DNA of 64,000 bases, from NCBI RefSeq assembly GCF_037042905.1, contig NC_087259.1, positions 30,566,001-30,630,000 on the forward strand. The letters are read 5' to 3'. The DNA comes from Lytechinus pictus. Taxonomy: Eukaryota. This document shows positions 50,069-61,360 of this stretch, piece by piece. A program made the position numbers and the translations under genes. Within the stretch, counting starts at the first letter, position 1. The number at the start of each line of letters is the position of its first letter. The notes beneath the pieces are model-generated. The model saw nothing but the letters and a program-made list of their open reading frames with translations, did not search any database and was not told where the DNA came from.

Positions 50069-51071
50069 GGTCATGAGCAACATAACCTTTGACCCTGGAG
50101 AGGTGAAGCCAGAGACTGAGGCATTAAACAGGTGCATTGACCTTGACATGAGGTTGTTCTGCTGTATTTATTGACTATATGATATGGAGACAAAGGATTG
50201 AGAAAGGGAATCTTTTACATGATGTTATTTGTCTCGTGTCTGTAAATTTGAAGATGGAGGTAGACAGTTTGTTGAGTTTTGAATTGAAAATGTTCATAGA
50301 CTTCCTGTGAACATGGGCTGTCCTCAATAGGCCTGAGGCAAGCAAAAAGTTGATATTTTGACCTTTTCAACTTTGATAGTAAGGCACTATAGGATCCTTT
50401 TACCAATTGTGTCTGAATTCTTAAGTCAAAGCAGTATAAAATTTGACTAAAATTCTTTCAACTCTCACTGGAGTGCATTTCATAATAATTGCATGTTCAT
50501 CCATGCACGATATATACACCACAAAGCCTTACTTTATGTTAATCCACATGGCTTTCAAAATTAAATTGCATGTTAAATATCGGAAAGTGTCTTTCAAATA
50601 CTTGATGAATTATATCTTGATATATTTTTATATTTCATCCAAAACCATTTCTAATGAATGAAGCTACCAACTATTTTTTTTTTTAATTCTGAATGATGAA
50701 ATGTTATAGACTTAGTCTTATTTTAGCATGAAAGAGGACTGATTTAATACCAAATTTAAAATAAAGTATGAATTCTATTTTCAGATAAAATAGTTGAAAT
50801 ACATTACTGTTTGTAGAAAACCCAGGAGTTCTATTTTACTTCAATGATCTACTTTTTATTCTATGGTGTCACAATTTACGGGTTTTTTAAATCTCTCTTT
50901 TAATTGTCATAAATAATCATGTTTTATAGTTGGTTGAATAGTTTTTATATTATTTTTCAAATCCATGCATTCATGTGTGCATTTTTTATTTCATTTACCA
51001 CTTTCACACATTCAGGTGATCTGAATATTCAGAGACTGCAAACTTATTATCCATAGTTTATTGCAATTCAG

Positions 51072-51341
51072 GGCCCCGTCTTACAAAGAGTTACGATTGA
51101 TCCAATCAAAGTAACTCTATGGAAATCCATCAGTGTCATAATTTTTTCTACAGGAAATTTGCAAAATGTCCTTTGTAAACAAAGGAGAACACATCAAATT
51201 GTCAAGAAATCAATGAATTAATGGATATACATTCATATCTAGAAATTTTTTGAACAAACATGCATTTCTACATGTTGACTTTGCTGGCTTTCCATAGTTG
51301 CAATTGATCCGATCAATTGTAACTCTTTGTAAGACGGGCCC
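51072..51341. mobile_element. Harbinger-type MITE
   Basis: GGCCCCGTCTTACAAAGAGTTAC ... GTAACTCTTTGTAAGACGGGCCC with CAG TSD. Confidence 0.85.
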
Positions 51342-51870
51342 CAGGAATTACTGTATACATGTATATGTACTGCCTTTCAAATTATACAAAGTTTGCTTAG
51401 AGTATAAATGCTGAAAGAAATATTTTAGCAATGTATTTTAGAACATTTTATGAGACAAAATGTATATTGCTGTAAAGAAGATACTTATCAACAGATGCAT
51501 GTCATATTTATATCTACTTATAAATCTATTTAGTCTTTCATATCTGCCTTTTATATGATCCATCCATGATAACTACATGTATTTTCAATGAATTTTTTTA
51601 TTAAAAAGATGAAGATGTCTTATTACTTTGGATACATAATGATATTTTATAGTTTTAAACATGATAGGTGATGACCGTGATATATTCTGATTGGAAGTTT
51701 GATTCAAACCATGGTTTAATTCTTAAATCATAATGACATACCTTGTTTATGATGTCATGTGCCTTATGTTTACTGGATTATTAGTCTCATGCATTGATAG
51801 CCAAAAACTCACAAATTTTATTTGTTATTCCAAGATAGTACATGTTCATAAATATTTTTGTTATAATCTG

Positions 51871-52026
51871 GGCCCTGTTGCATAATAGTTACCAATATGG
51901 TAACTTTGCCATACAATGGTAACATGTCTGGAATCCTTGATTTTGATTGGTTGTGATCAGCGTAACCATGGTAGTTACCATTTGATGGCAAAGTTGTCAT
52001 AATAGTAATTTTTATATAACGGGGCC
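51871..52026. mobile_element. Short Harbinger-type MITE
   Basis: CTG|GGCCCTGTTGCATAA ... TTATATAACGGGGCC|CTG. Confidence 0.65.
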
Positions 52027-52729
52027 CTGGACCCTGTTGATTGATTGAATAACTATTATTTAACTTTGCTGGCCAGTGGTAACTGCCATGGTAACCGTAC
52101 TTAAAAACCAATCATATTCAAGGATTCCATGGAAGATAACATTGATGGTGAAAAGTACCATGATAGACATTTATTGATAGTCACAAACTTAACCTTTATT
52201 TAGAGTATGGACTAGGGGATGAATCAATATGTGATAAAATCAGTTTTTACTGAAATGAAATGAATTCTTTTACATTTACAATATGATCAACCATCAACAT
52301 TTAAAAAACATTAAGTATAATACTTTAATCACCCCCATTTTTATGGAATATTTTAATATGAAAATGTTTATTGTACACTGGAATATCTGTTTTCTTTTTA
52401 ATGTTGCTTTATTTAAGAGGTTGATTATGTGTGTTTTGTGATTTTGTGAGTCTCTTTTTATATGGTGCTGTGTATATTGGTTTGTAAATTGATAAAGTAA
52501 TTTTTGTTTTTGAGGATGTCTGTACATGCCTATGCTAGCTATTAATAGACGTGCAGAGAAATAATATTAACAGTTTTCTCCTCTAATTTTGAGTGTGCAA
52601 TAAATCATTACTGTACACTGGCCATGTAGGGGAGAGTAGGGCATGCTGAACACCTTTCTTTCCTGACCTATCACATGAAAGATGTTCCTTCAGTATTTAT
52701 TTTAATAGACACAAAATCATAAAGTAGAC

Positions 52730-52944
52730 ACCTGTGCCGGCCACACAGAAACATTGTTAGCCTAACAGAGCGCTAACAGTAAGCCCAGTCACATCTCTCG
52801 GATTGTGAATTTAAAACATTTATTTCAATGTGTTAGTAATGCATTGTTGTAACATTAGGCATTGCTGCCACATTACCGGTTGGAACAGGGTCTCTGTTAG
52901 CGCATTGTTAGTGCTAACAATGTTTCTGTGTGGTCAGTACAGGT
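52730..52944. mobile_element. Hairpin MITE
   Basis: ACCTGTGCCGGCCACACAGAAACATTGTTAGC ... GCTAACAATGTTTCTGTGTGGTCAGTACAGGT. Confidence 0.7.
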
Positions 52945-54078
52945 TGTTACTGGAAAATGTTTTCATTGAATTTCTAAAAATTTAAAGAAAGTTACAATGT
53001 CTAGAATAACACCAATCATTTTATATTTCTTTGCACCCCACAGTCCCCTACATCCATGAGACTAGATAAAAAAGTGATCGGTGTGTTTTTCTAGACTATG
53101 TAACTTTCTATGCAGCAGTTCGCTGTTATGAAATGTCCATTCAAAGATTGAACATTTAGTGTGTTTTTTTGTTTTGTTTTTTAAGCATTGTATATGGAAT
53201 GTTAGTTTCCTGTCAAATTTCATTCTCAGGTTTTGCATGACACCGGTTCAAAAACATTTTAAAATGCATTGCATCTTTTTATTTTAAAATATATGTATTT
53301 ATTCATAGCTCAGTCCTGGCCCTCACAACTAGTTATCAATGGCAAGATATATGCTACTGTTATTAGCTTCTGAAATCAAGCCACCTGAGGTTAAAATTCT
53401 ATTGTAAATTATTAAGAACAAGTTCTGTGAAACAGGTCTTTATTTCATATTTCCTATTGTTGTTATTGGAAGTACACTATTGCTTTAAAAAAAAATCTGT
53501 TCTGTAAATAATACATCATCTGGGAGAACAGTTTTCAGAACTGAAGTGGCTTCCCTGGGTAAATATACCTATATTATTATTATTATTATTATCATCATCT
53601 CTAGTCCAAATATGTCATTTGAACAATGCTATAATATACATATAAAACATTGTTAGAAAAGTCTAATACTGAAATGTTCTTGACTAAATTTATTTTAAAG
53701 TATACTTTCATGTATTTCCTTTATATATATTTTGTTTGAGGTTTAACATTCCATTTTCAAAGAAGCTTTCTCTTTTTATAAGATTTTTATCCTGCTCTGA
53801 TATCTTATTTTACTCATGAATGTTATTTATTATTTACCTTGTAAATGAGGTTAATCACATTTCCCTGGTTGATTACGAGGCTTTACAACTCTCCTCATTT
53901 TCAATGATAACAAAACTCATGGGGAAAAAGGTAAAACACTTTTCCCTTTCCTTTGGGTCTTCTATTGTCCATTTAATTTGCCTGTACCAAGATATAGGTT
54001 ATTCAGGGATGTCTTCCCCCCCCCCCATTTCAACAATGTTATTATTTTTTATGTTTTCACACTATTTTCCCTCTTTAA

Positions 54079-54656
54079 AGGACAAATCCACCCCAACAAA
54101 AAGTTCTTTTGAATAAAAAGAGAAAAATTCAACAAGCATAACTGAAAATTTTGTCAAAATCGGATGTAAAATAAGAATGATATCGTTTAATTTCACAAAA
54201 CAGTTATATACACATCCTGGTGTGTTTGCAAATGAGGGGACTGATGATGTCGTCCACTCACTATTTCTTTTGTATTTTATTATATGAAATATTAGAATTT
54301 TCTAATTTTCCCCTCATTGTCACGGAAAGTTTCATTCCTTTCTGAACATGTGGAATTACCATTTTAAAAACATTTTATGGTTCAGTCAAGTTGGTCCCCT
54401 TTGTCAAATTTGTCAAAATTGAAATATTGTATATTTTAAACAATAAAAAAACAAAAGAAATTGTGACTTCATCGACTCTCATTTGCATATCACTGAGTTG
54501 TACATATAACTATTTTGTGAAAAATAAGTGAACCTTTAAAATGTCATAACTTTCTTATTTTACATCCGATTTTGATGAAATTTTCAGTGTTATGCTTGTT
54601 GTATTTTTCTCTATTGATTAAAATCAACATTTTTCTGGGGTGGGTGGACTTGACCT
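54079..54656. mobile_element. Kolobok-like (TTAA) MITE
   Basis: TTAA|AGGACAAATCCACCCC ... GGTGGACTTGACCT|TTAA. Confidence 0.85.
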
Positions 54657-55113
54657 TTAAGTATTTGAAGGCATTAGGTAAATAATGCACTGGTATCGAT
54701 AATGCCTTTTAGAATTTACTTATGAGAAGCGATGCAGGGGCAATTTTAGGCAGTTGATCTCTGTGTGTGTTTGTCTGGAGATTGTATTAGACAGTTTTTA
54801 ATCTTTATGTTTTGCATGTTTAGTTGATACAGACGATATACCTACATAGTGTTTAGGATCGTCATTACTTTCAGAGTATGTGTGCACTCATTGATCTTTT
54901 TATCGTTCTGTGTGCTACACTATTACCTGTTATTGTTTTTGTATAAACTAAGTAATTATTCAGAGCTGTATACAGTATAGAATGGCTATGAATTTTGAAA
55001 GAGTCAAGATTCATGACAATTTATAATGGTGAATTTCAGACAGACTGTTACTGCCTTAATACATTTATTTGACGATTTTACACAATACATTTCTCGATAT
55101 TTTCAGTACTTAA

Positions 55114-55592
55114 AGGGGAAGTTCACCATGACAATAAAATGGCTTTAATAAATGAAGAAAAATTTGAGAAATATATTGTTGAATATTTGATAAAAATCAA
55201 TCAAAGAATAAGAGAGATAAATGTTTTTACTCTATGATGCCATATGTAAGCAGATCCCGATATATCATTTAATGTGAATTTTATGAATTTCATGAATTAA
55301 ATTTTTTTAATGGAACATGATGAATGAAAATGATTTTCTTATAGAATGGGGTATGAAATAATGTGTACGATGATATATCTCCTGCACAAATAAAATTACT
55401 TTCAACTTTTTGAGAAAATCAAATTTTGGGAATTTATTTTTATCCCACAAAATATGGAGGATCTGCTTGTCTGTGATAAATAGAAAATTCATAACTCTTG
55501 TTATTCATTGACAGATTTTCATTAAACCTTCACCAATCTTTCTCTTTATTCATTCTGTGTTTATTAACTTATTGCCAGGGTGAACTTCTACT
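55114..55592. mobile_element. Kolobok-like MITE
   Basis: TTAA|AGGGGAAGTTCACCATGACAATAA ... TTATTGCCAGGGTGAACTTCTACT|TTGA. Confidence 0.7.
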
Positions 55593-55982
55593 TTGATGTT
55601 TCAGAGAGTTTAGAGTGTTGTAGGTTTCATGAGGTTGAAATTGGTGTGAAATGTTTCTCATTCGCCTTGGCAACTTAAAACTCACTCCCACTTTGAAATA
55701 CCCTCATTCTATGTCACATTTCTATGTACATATTACATTTCAGATATATTTTATAAGATTTCGTATTTCAGAATTAAAGTTTTATTATGATATTGATATA
55801 ATATTGTGCAAGTTAATTTTTTGTTATATTTCTATACCTTTTTTCTCTGATTAAAAAGTTTAGAGCAGAAAATTTGAGAAGTGGCAAGTCAAAATAGGTA
55901 ACTTGATGGCTCGTTCTCAAGATGATTAAAGTGTCGAATTTAACTTGTCACGAGGTCAAAAAGGTTGCTTGATAGATATTAA

Positions 55983-56565
55983 AGGTCAAGTCCACCCCAG
56001 AAAAATGTTAATTTGAATCAATAGAGAAAAATCAAACAAACATAACGCTAAACATTTCATTAAAGTTGGATGTAAAATAAAAAAGTTATGACATTTTAAG
56101 GTTGCACTTATTTTTCAAAAAGTAGTTATATGCACATCTCAGTGATATGCAAATGAGAGAGTCAATGATGTTCCTCACTTAAATAATTTGTTTTTTATTG
56201 TTGAATTATACAAAAAAAAATTTTTCCCAGATTTGACAATAATGACCAACTTGACTGAACCACAAAATGTTAAACAATATCAATTCCACATGATCAGGGA
56301 GGAATACAACTTTATTTCACATGACAATGAGGAGAAAAATTGAAATGTTTCATATTTTGTATATTAAATACAAAAGAAATAGTGAGTGATGTCATCAGTC
56401 CCCTCATTTACATATAAAGACCAGAATGTGCATATAACTGTTTTGTGAAATTAGGTGAAACTTTAAAATGTCATAACTTTCTTATTTTACATCCGATTTT
56501 GATGAAATTATCGGTGTTGTGCCCTTTTTTTATACAAATCAACTTTTTGTTGGGGTGCATGCCCT
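55983..56565. mobile_element. Kolobok-like MITE, same family as 54079-54656 in opposite orientation
   Basis: TTAA|AGGTCAAGTCCACCCCAGAAAAATG ... TTGTTGGGGTGCATGCCCT; the interior is the reverse complement of the 54079 copy. Confidence 0.8.
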
Positions 56566-57339
56566 TTATGATGATGATCTGATAGGATTTTGAAAGTTAT
56601 TGAAAATAAACAATTTGGTAGTCTATTGCTGCTAATGCAGGATTTTAAACTTTTGAATCAGAGAAGAAAGAGAGAGTGGAGAAGAGAGAGGGTGAGAAAG
56701 AGAGAGAGAAAAAGAAAGGGAAGATGAGAAAGCTAGTGAGGAAATTAGAAGTGAAGAGGAGAGTGAGAGATAGAAAAGACATGGATGAAGAGGTTATAAT
56801 AAAGGAGCTAGGGAGATATGAGAGAAAGAAGAGATATAATTATCGACCAGGGGAGGATCCAGGATTTTCAAATTTTCGAAAAGGGGCCAGGGGGAACATT
56901 TTCCCGACGAAAATTTGACATGCAGGCAAAAAAAAAAGGTTTTCACCTAAAATTAAAGGCCATTCCGTCTGCATATGAGAGCTGGCGGGAGTATTGACTT
57001 ATTGGAGATCGATTGACGATAAAGTGAGGAAGTTATAGTTTTTGTATAATATTGGAAATAGTGAAAATTTGATTGAAAAGGGATTTATGCCTATGCATGA
57101 TTACTTCATCTAGATAGGCCTGCCATAAAAACTTTGTACCGGTATTTGAATATATTAAAAAATAAAATGATTAACAGGCTATAATAATTAGGCCCACTAC
57201 ATATAGGAAGTAAATTATCCACATTTCCTGACATGCCAAAAAAAGATAAAAAGACTGAAGGATTTACCACGAGGGGCCGAAAAATTTTCACAATCTTTTC
57301 ATTCTGCCACTATTACAAGATAGACTGATCGACAAGACA

Positions 57340-57427
57340 TATGCCACTCCACGACCACACCCACTTCTTGATGGCGCTGGCGAGAGCGCGACGTCTAATG
57401 GACATATCGACGACGCCGAGTTCGAGG
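57340..57427 (+). promoter_or_regulatory. Probable SARDH promoter and non-coding first exon
   Basis: Local CpG-rich patch ending in GAG|GTAAAC; the ATG exon has an acceptor CATACAG at 61255. Boundaries approximate. Confidence 0.4.
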
Positions 57428-59060
57428 TAAACATTTTGTCGTTTCTAATTATCAGTTTGGAATGATTGTCTGCAATTAATTACAAATATACTATATAGTA
57501 ATCTGAGAATAGACTTTAACCTTCCACTGGTAAACCTTATTTGCTGACTGTGCAGATTCTCTTTAGTGGAGCTGACGTGCATGATTTGCTTTTTACGCCG
57601 TTAGTTAGAACTTAGAGTTAGATAAAGGCGAAGATTACTGGACCCGACTGGACCGTACCATTGTCAGCTCAGTCGGCCGTGGCTCATCCGTACGATCCAA
57701 GGCCAGACATCGCTTTTAATTAGTGCTCCAGAGTCCAATGCACACATAACGTAGAGTCTATGACTATGTGGATATCTGCACTTAGAGTGTTAGACTTACT
57801 TAGTGCAAAGCTGAGCTGAGTGACATCTCAAGATTATTTCATTGACCTACCATACCGGTACTTGTTCAATGCAGTTGCAATACTAAGTATACTGTAGTGT
57901 ATTGACGTGAGTAAATAATGACTGAGTGTAGCTGTAGGCCTATCTCATGATTATGCTGGGTGTTTCATTATTCTGTTTTCATAAACAGTTATCAGCTGGT
58001 CAGAAATTAAGATCATCCCAGTTTACAGGGACTGTCTCACTGAGTTTTGAAGATTTCTCCTCACAAGAAATCTAGGAAAGTTCATTCTCCTGTCAAGTGC
58101 CGACACCTGCACCAATCAAGTGTGCTAGTCAATTAACATATAGATCTAGGACTAGGTCTAACCACTCATTTAATGAACAAGGTTATGGGTCTAACAAGAT
58201 TATTGGAAGATTGCAAATCTTGAAAAATAGACGGGGGGATTGACCATTGAGGTTACTGAATCTATTTTTAGTACTCTCAATCCCCCTAATTTCCTTGTAT
58301 GCGCGGGCGTGTATGTCTCGCAGGGGTAAGTAAAAAAAAAATGTCCCCATAAACAAGGACAATCTCAATTTATCAAGACATGCTTTAATTGTCTTGATTT
58401 ATGAGGATATCCTTGTTTTCTGGAACAATCCCAATTTTTGGACCAGTGCCTCTACTGCATGATAAAGCTGTTCGTAAGGTAAGACTAAGAAGAGCGACTT
58501 TACATTAGAATGACTAGCTGGTGATCCTTTCTTGTGGTAAATCATGGTAATTACCAAAGCATTCATTGGCGATGGTTTAGTGCGTAAGAAAGGATCACTA
58601 GTCGTTCTTAAAGTTGCTCTTAACTTATGTACAGGTTTATGAACGGCCCCCTGTTCGATTTTTAAAACTTATTTGTTTGTTGAAAACTGAAGTAAAGAGT
58701 ATAGATCTAGACCTACATGTAGTCTAGGTCTAGTGATCTAGGTCCATGATTTAACACTATAAATCAATAAACATGTCAGGGCTGCCAACATTGGATACCT
58801 AAACTAGTTGAGAAATTGAATGAGAGTGAGACTTTCATAGGCCAGTGCAGTGATTTGTAAGTATTTATGAAAGGTATTGTTGTTCTTCGAATTATCTTGT
58901 CTTGTCTTTCCATTAATTCCCACAATCATTATATTGATTATTATGGCACATGAACGCCAAGATTGACTTGACCTGAATTTTGCCGGGACCGGCAGGTGCA
59001 ATAGACCGGGTGAACACCCTACTCTTTTACGAATAGTGTATTGTTTTTTATTAACGTTCA

Positions 59061-60780
59061 TAGGTTGTGAGTTGTGACTCTAATAATAAACTAAGTGCGC
59101 ACTTAGGTTGTGACTCTAATAATAAACTAAGTGCGCACTTAAGTTGTGACTCTAATAATAAACTAAGTGCGCACTTAGGTTGTGACCAGGGAAAAAAATA
59201 CTTTTTTTTTTGCAGGAGCCATTTTTCTAACTGGTCACAAATTTATGGGAGCCGTTTTTCAATTTCCGAGAGCCATTTTTGAATTTGCTAGGGCCATTAA
59301 AAAAAAAAAAAAAAATCATTATACATGTTGAATCTTAAGTATTGTTTGTTGTGTTTTAACTTGCCATCCGTACTAATTCTTTAACCAACAAAAGTAAAGA
59401 TTGCCGTAATGCCATTTGTTTAATGTGCCATCTGTACTATTTCTTTTACTATTAAAAGTGTCTAGTCTACATCTATACTAATTATAGTGCAGTCCCAATT
59501 AACAGGGAAATTGTTCCTCATATTCCTACCTGAACCTATGTGTTCGTCTAGCTGACAGTTTTTCACTCATGGTTCATTATTTTTTCACAGAATTGTTCAA
59601 GCAAACAATTCAGAAATCACGAACCAACTCCGAGAAATATCCGATGACCGATGCGATGTGCCACTCAAATGCATTCGTCTATGCAGCTACACACATGCAC
59701 GCGCACGCGGTGTCTATTTCACTACACGTATCGCTATACGTGGGCCTACACAAACAACGAGGGTAAACAAAAAAGGACCCGAGTTCGGACTGATATTGTG
59801 ATAGCAATGCAATTCCAGGACTATGAAAATGAATATCGATATTCGAATAACGGAAAAATATCCACTGGTAATTCATCGAAACTTTTGCAAAGATTGGACA
59901 GGGTTCTTACCAACAGTAATTACTTTGGGACTAAGGATAAATGGCGTTCGAGCTAAAGCCAGTTCTCAGCAGCAGCGCGCCCAGTCCCGAACTGCCAATA
60001 TTTGGCCGTACATGAAGCTGACGTTAGAGTACGGCAATTGCATTATATTGCACATAGCGCAATACAACATGTGCGGTCGTTATCCACCTCTATGTACGCT
60101 GCACAAGGGAAGACAGCGGATGTACGAGCCAGTTTTTTTTAAGGAGCGTTTTTTTTTCCCCCGATCGCTCTCTCTAATGGGTTTGCGAGCACGATTTCAA
60201 AGCTAACGCGAGCGATATCGCTCAGCGCCCCCGTGTATTTTTTTCGCTGGGTTGTGACTCTAATAATAAACTAAGTGCGCACTTAGGTTGTGACTCTAGT
60301 AATAAACTAAGTGCGCACTTAGGTTGTATCTAATAATAAACTAAGTGCGCACTTAGGTTGTATCTAATAATAAACTAAGTGCGCACTTAGGTTGTGACTC
60401 TAATAATAAACTAAGTGCCTACTTAGGTTGTGACTCTAATAATAAACTAAGTGCGCACTTAGGTTGTGACTCTAATAATAAACTAAGTGCGCACTTAGGT
60501 TGTGACTCTAATAATAAACTAAGTGCGCACTTAGGTTGTGACTCTAATAATAAACTAAGTGCGCACTTAGGTTGTATCTAATAATAAACTAAGTGCGCAC
60601 TTAGGTTGTGACTTTAATGATAAACTAAGTGCGTACTTAGGTTGTGACTCTAATAATAAACTAAGTGCGCACTTAGGTTGTGACTCTAATAATAAACTAA
60701 GTGCGCCCTTAGGTTGTGACTCTAATAATAAACTAAGTGCGCACTTAGGTTGCAACTCTAATAATAAACTAAGTGCGCAC
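59061..60780. repeat. 36-bp minisatellite (TTAGGTTGTGACTCTAATAATAAACTAAGTGCGCAC)n, about 3.5 plus 15 copies, split by a transposon
   Basis: Tandem units seen directly; each junction forms the 16-bp palindrome CTAAGTGCGCACTTAG. Confidence 0.95.
59187..60249. mobile_element. Non-autonomous DNA transposon inserted in the minisatellite
   Basis: 15-bp TIRs CAG(G/C)GAAAAAAATAC; GGTTGTGAC duplicated at 59178-59186 and 60250-60258. Confidence 0.88.
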
Positions 60781-60799
60781 TCCCAATTCCTCCTCGGGT

Positions 60800-61054
60800 G
60801 GTTCCTGATACTTTTTTTTGTGATAGGGACATTGAGGAGTATATAAATCAAGAAGAAGTGACTCCTATACACAGGACCAACATTTGCTTCCTTTCTGATG
60901 GACAGTGTTTTCCAACTGCATTCACAGTCACACCTGTTGTGAGGCTAACACACAACGCTACAGCATCAGATTATTTTGTTAAACGCTTTTCGGCATGAGC
61001 GGGACTCAAACTTATCCTAAACATGCACTCTAACCGACTGAGCTACACTGCTTC
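60800..61054 (-). mobile_element. tRNA-derived SINE
   Basis: Minus strand begins GAAGCAGTGTAGCTCAGTCGGTTAGAGTGC (A box) ... GTTTGAGTCCCGC (B-box-like) and continues into a non-tRNA body. Confidence 0.6.
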
Positions 61055-61360
61055 CTATGAAATTATGAAATTATTTAGGTGCATGATTTAATGTTAGGTA
61101 GATCTAGTTCTGGTTTACTACTGCTGAGTGATATTTCCTTTTCAGTAAGGAATGTCCATTTAAAATATCACTGTCAATGCAGTCCTCATGTACTTAAATT
61201 TCAGGGATTTACCTGCATATTTCTTTTTATAACATACTGTTTCTCATTCATACAGGATTTCTCGGATAAACTGGGAGGCTTTTGACACCTTGGTAATCTT
61301 TCCCTGGTAAATTTTTGTGTTGATTTGAACTGAAAAATAAAACGAAAAAAGTATAGGACA

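Noticed and set aside
59061-60780. CRISPR-like array (36-bp palindromic repeat)
   Set aside because: Units are head-to-tail with no unique spacers, there are no cas genes, and the context is eukaryotic; it is a minisatellite.
60990-61054. tRNA gene
   Set aside because: A- and B-box-like motifs are present but there is no convincing cloverleaf, and the sequence continues into a SINE body.
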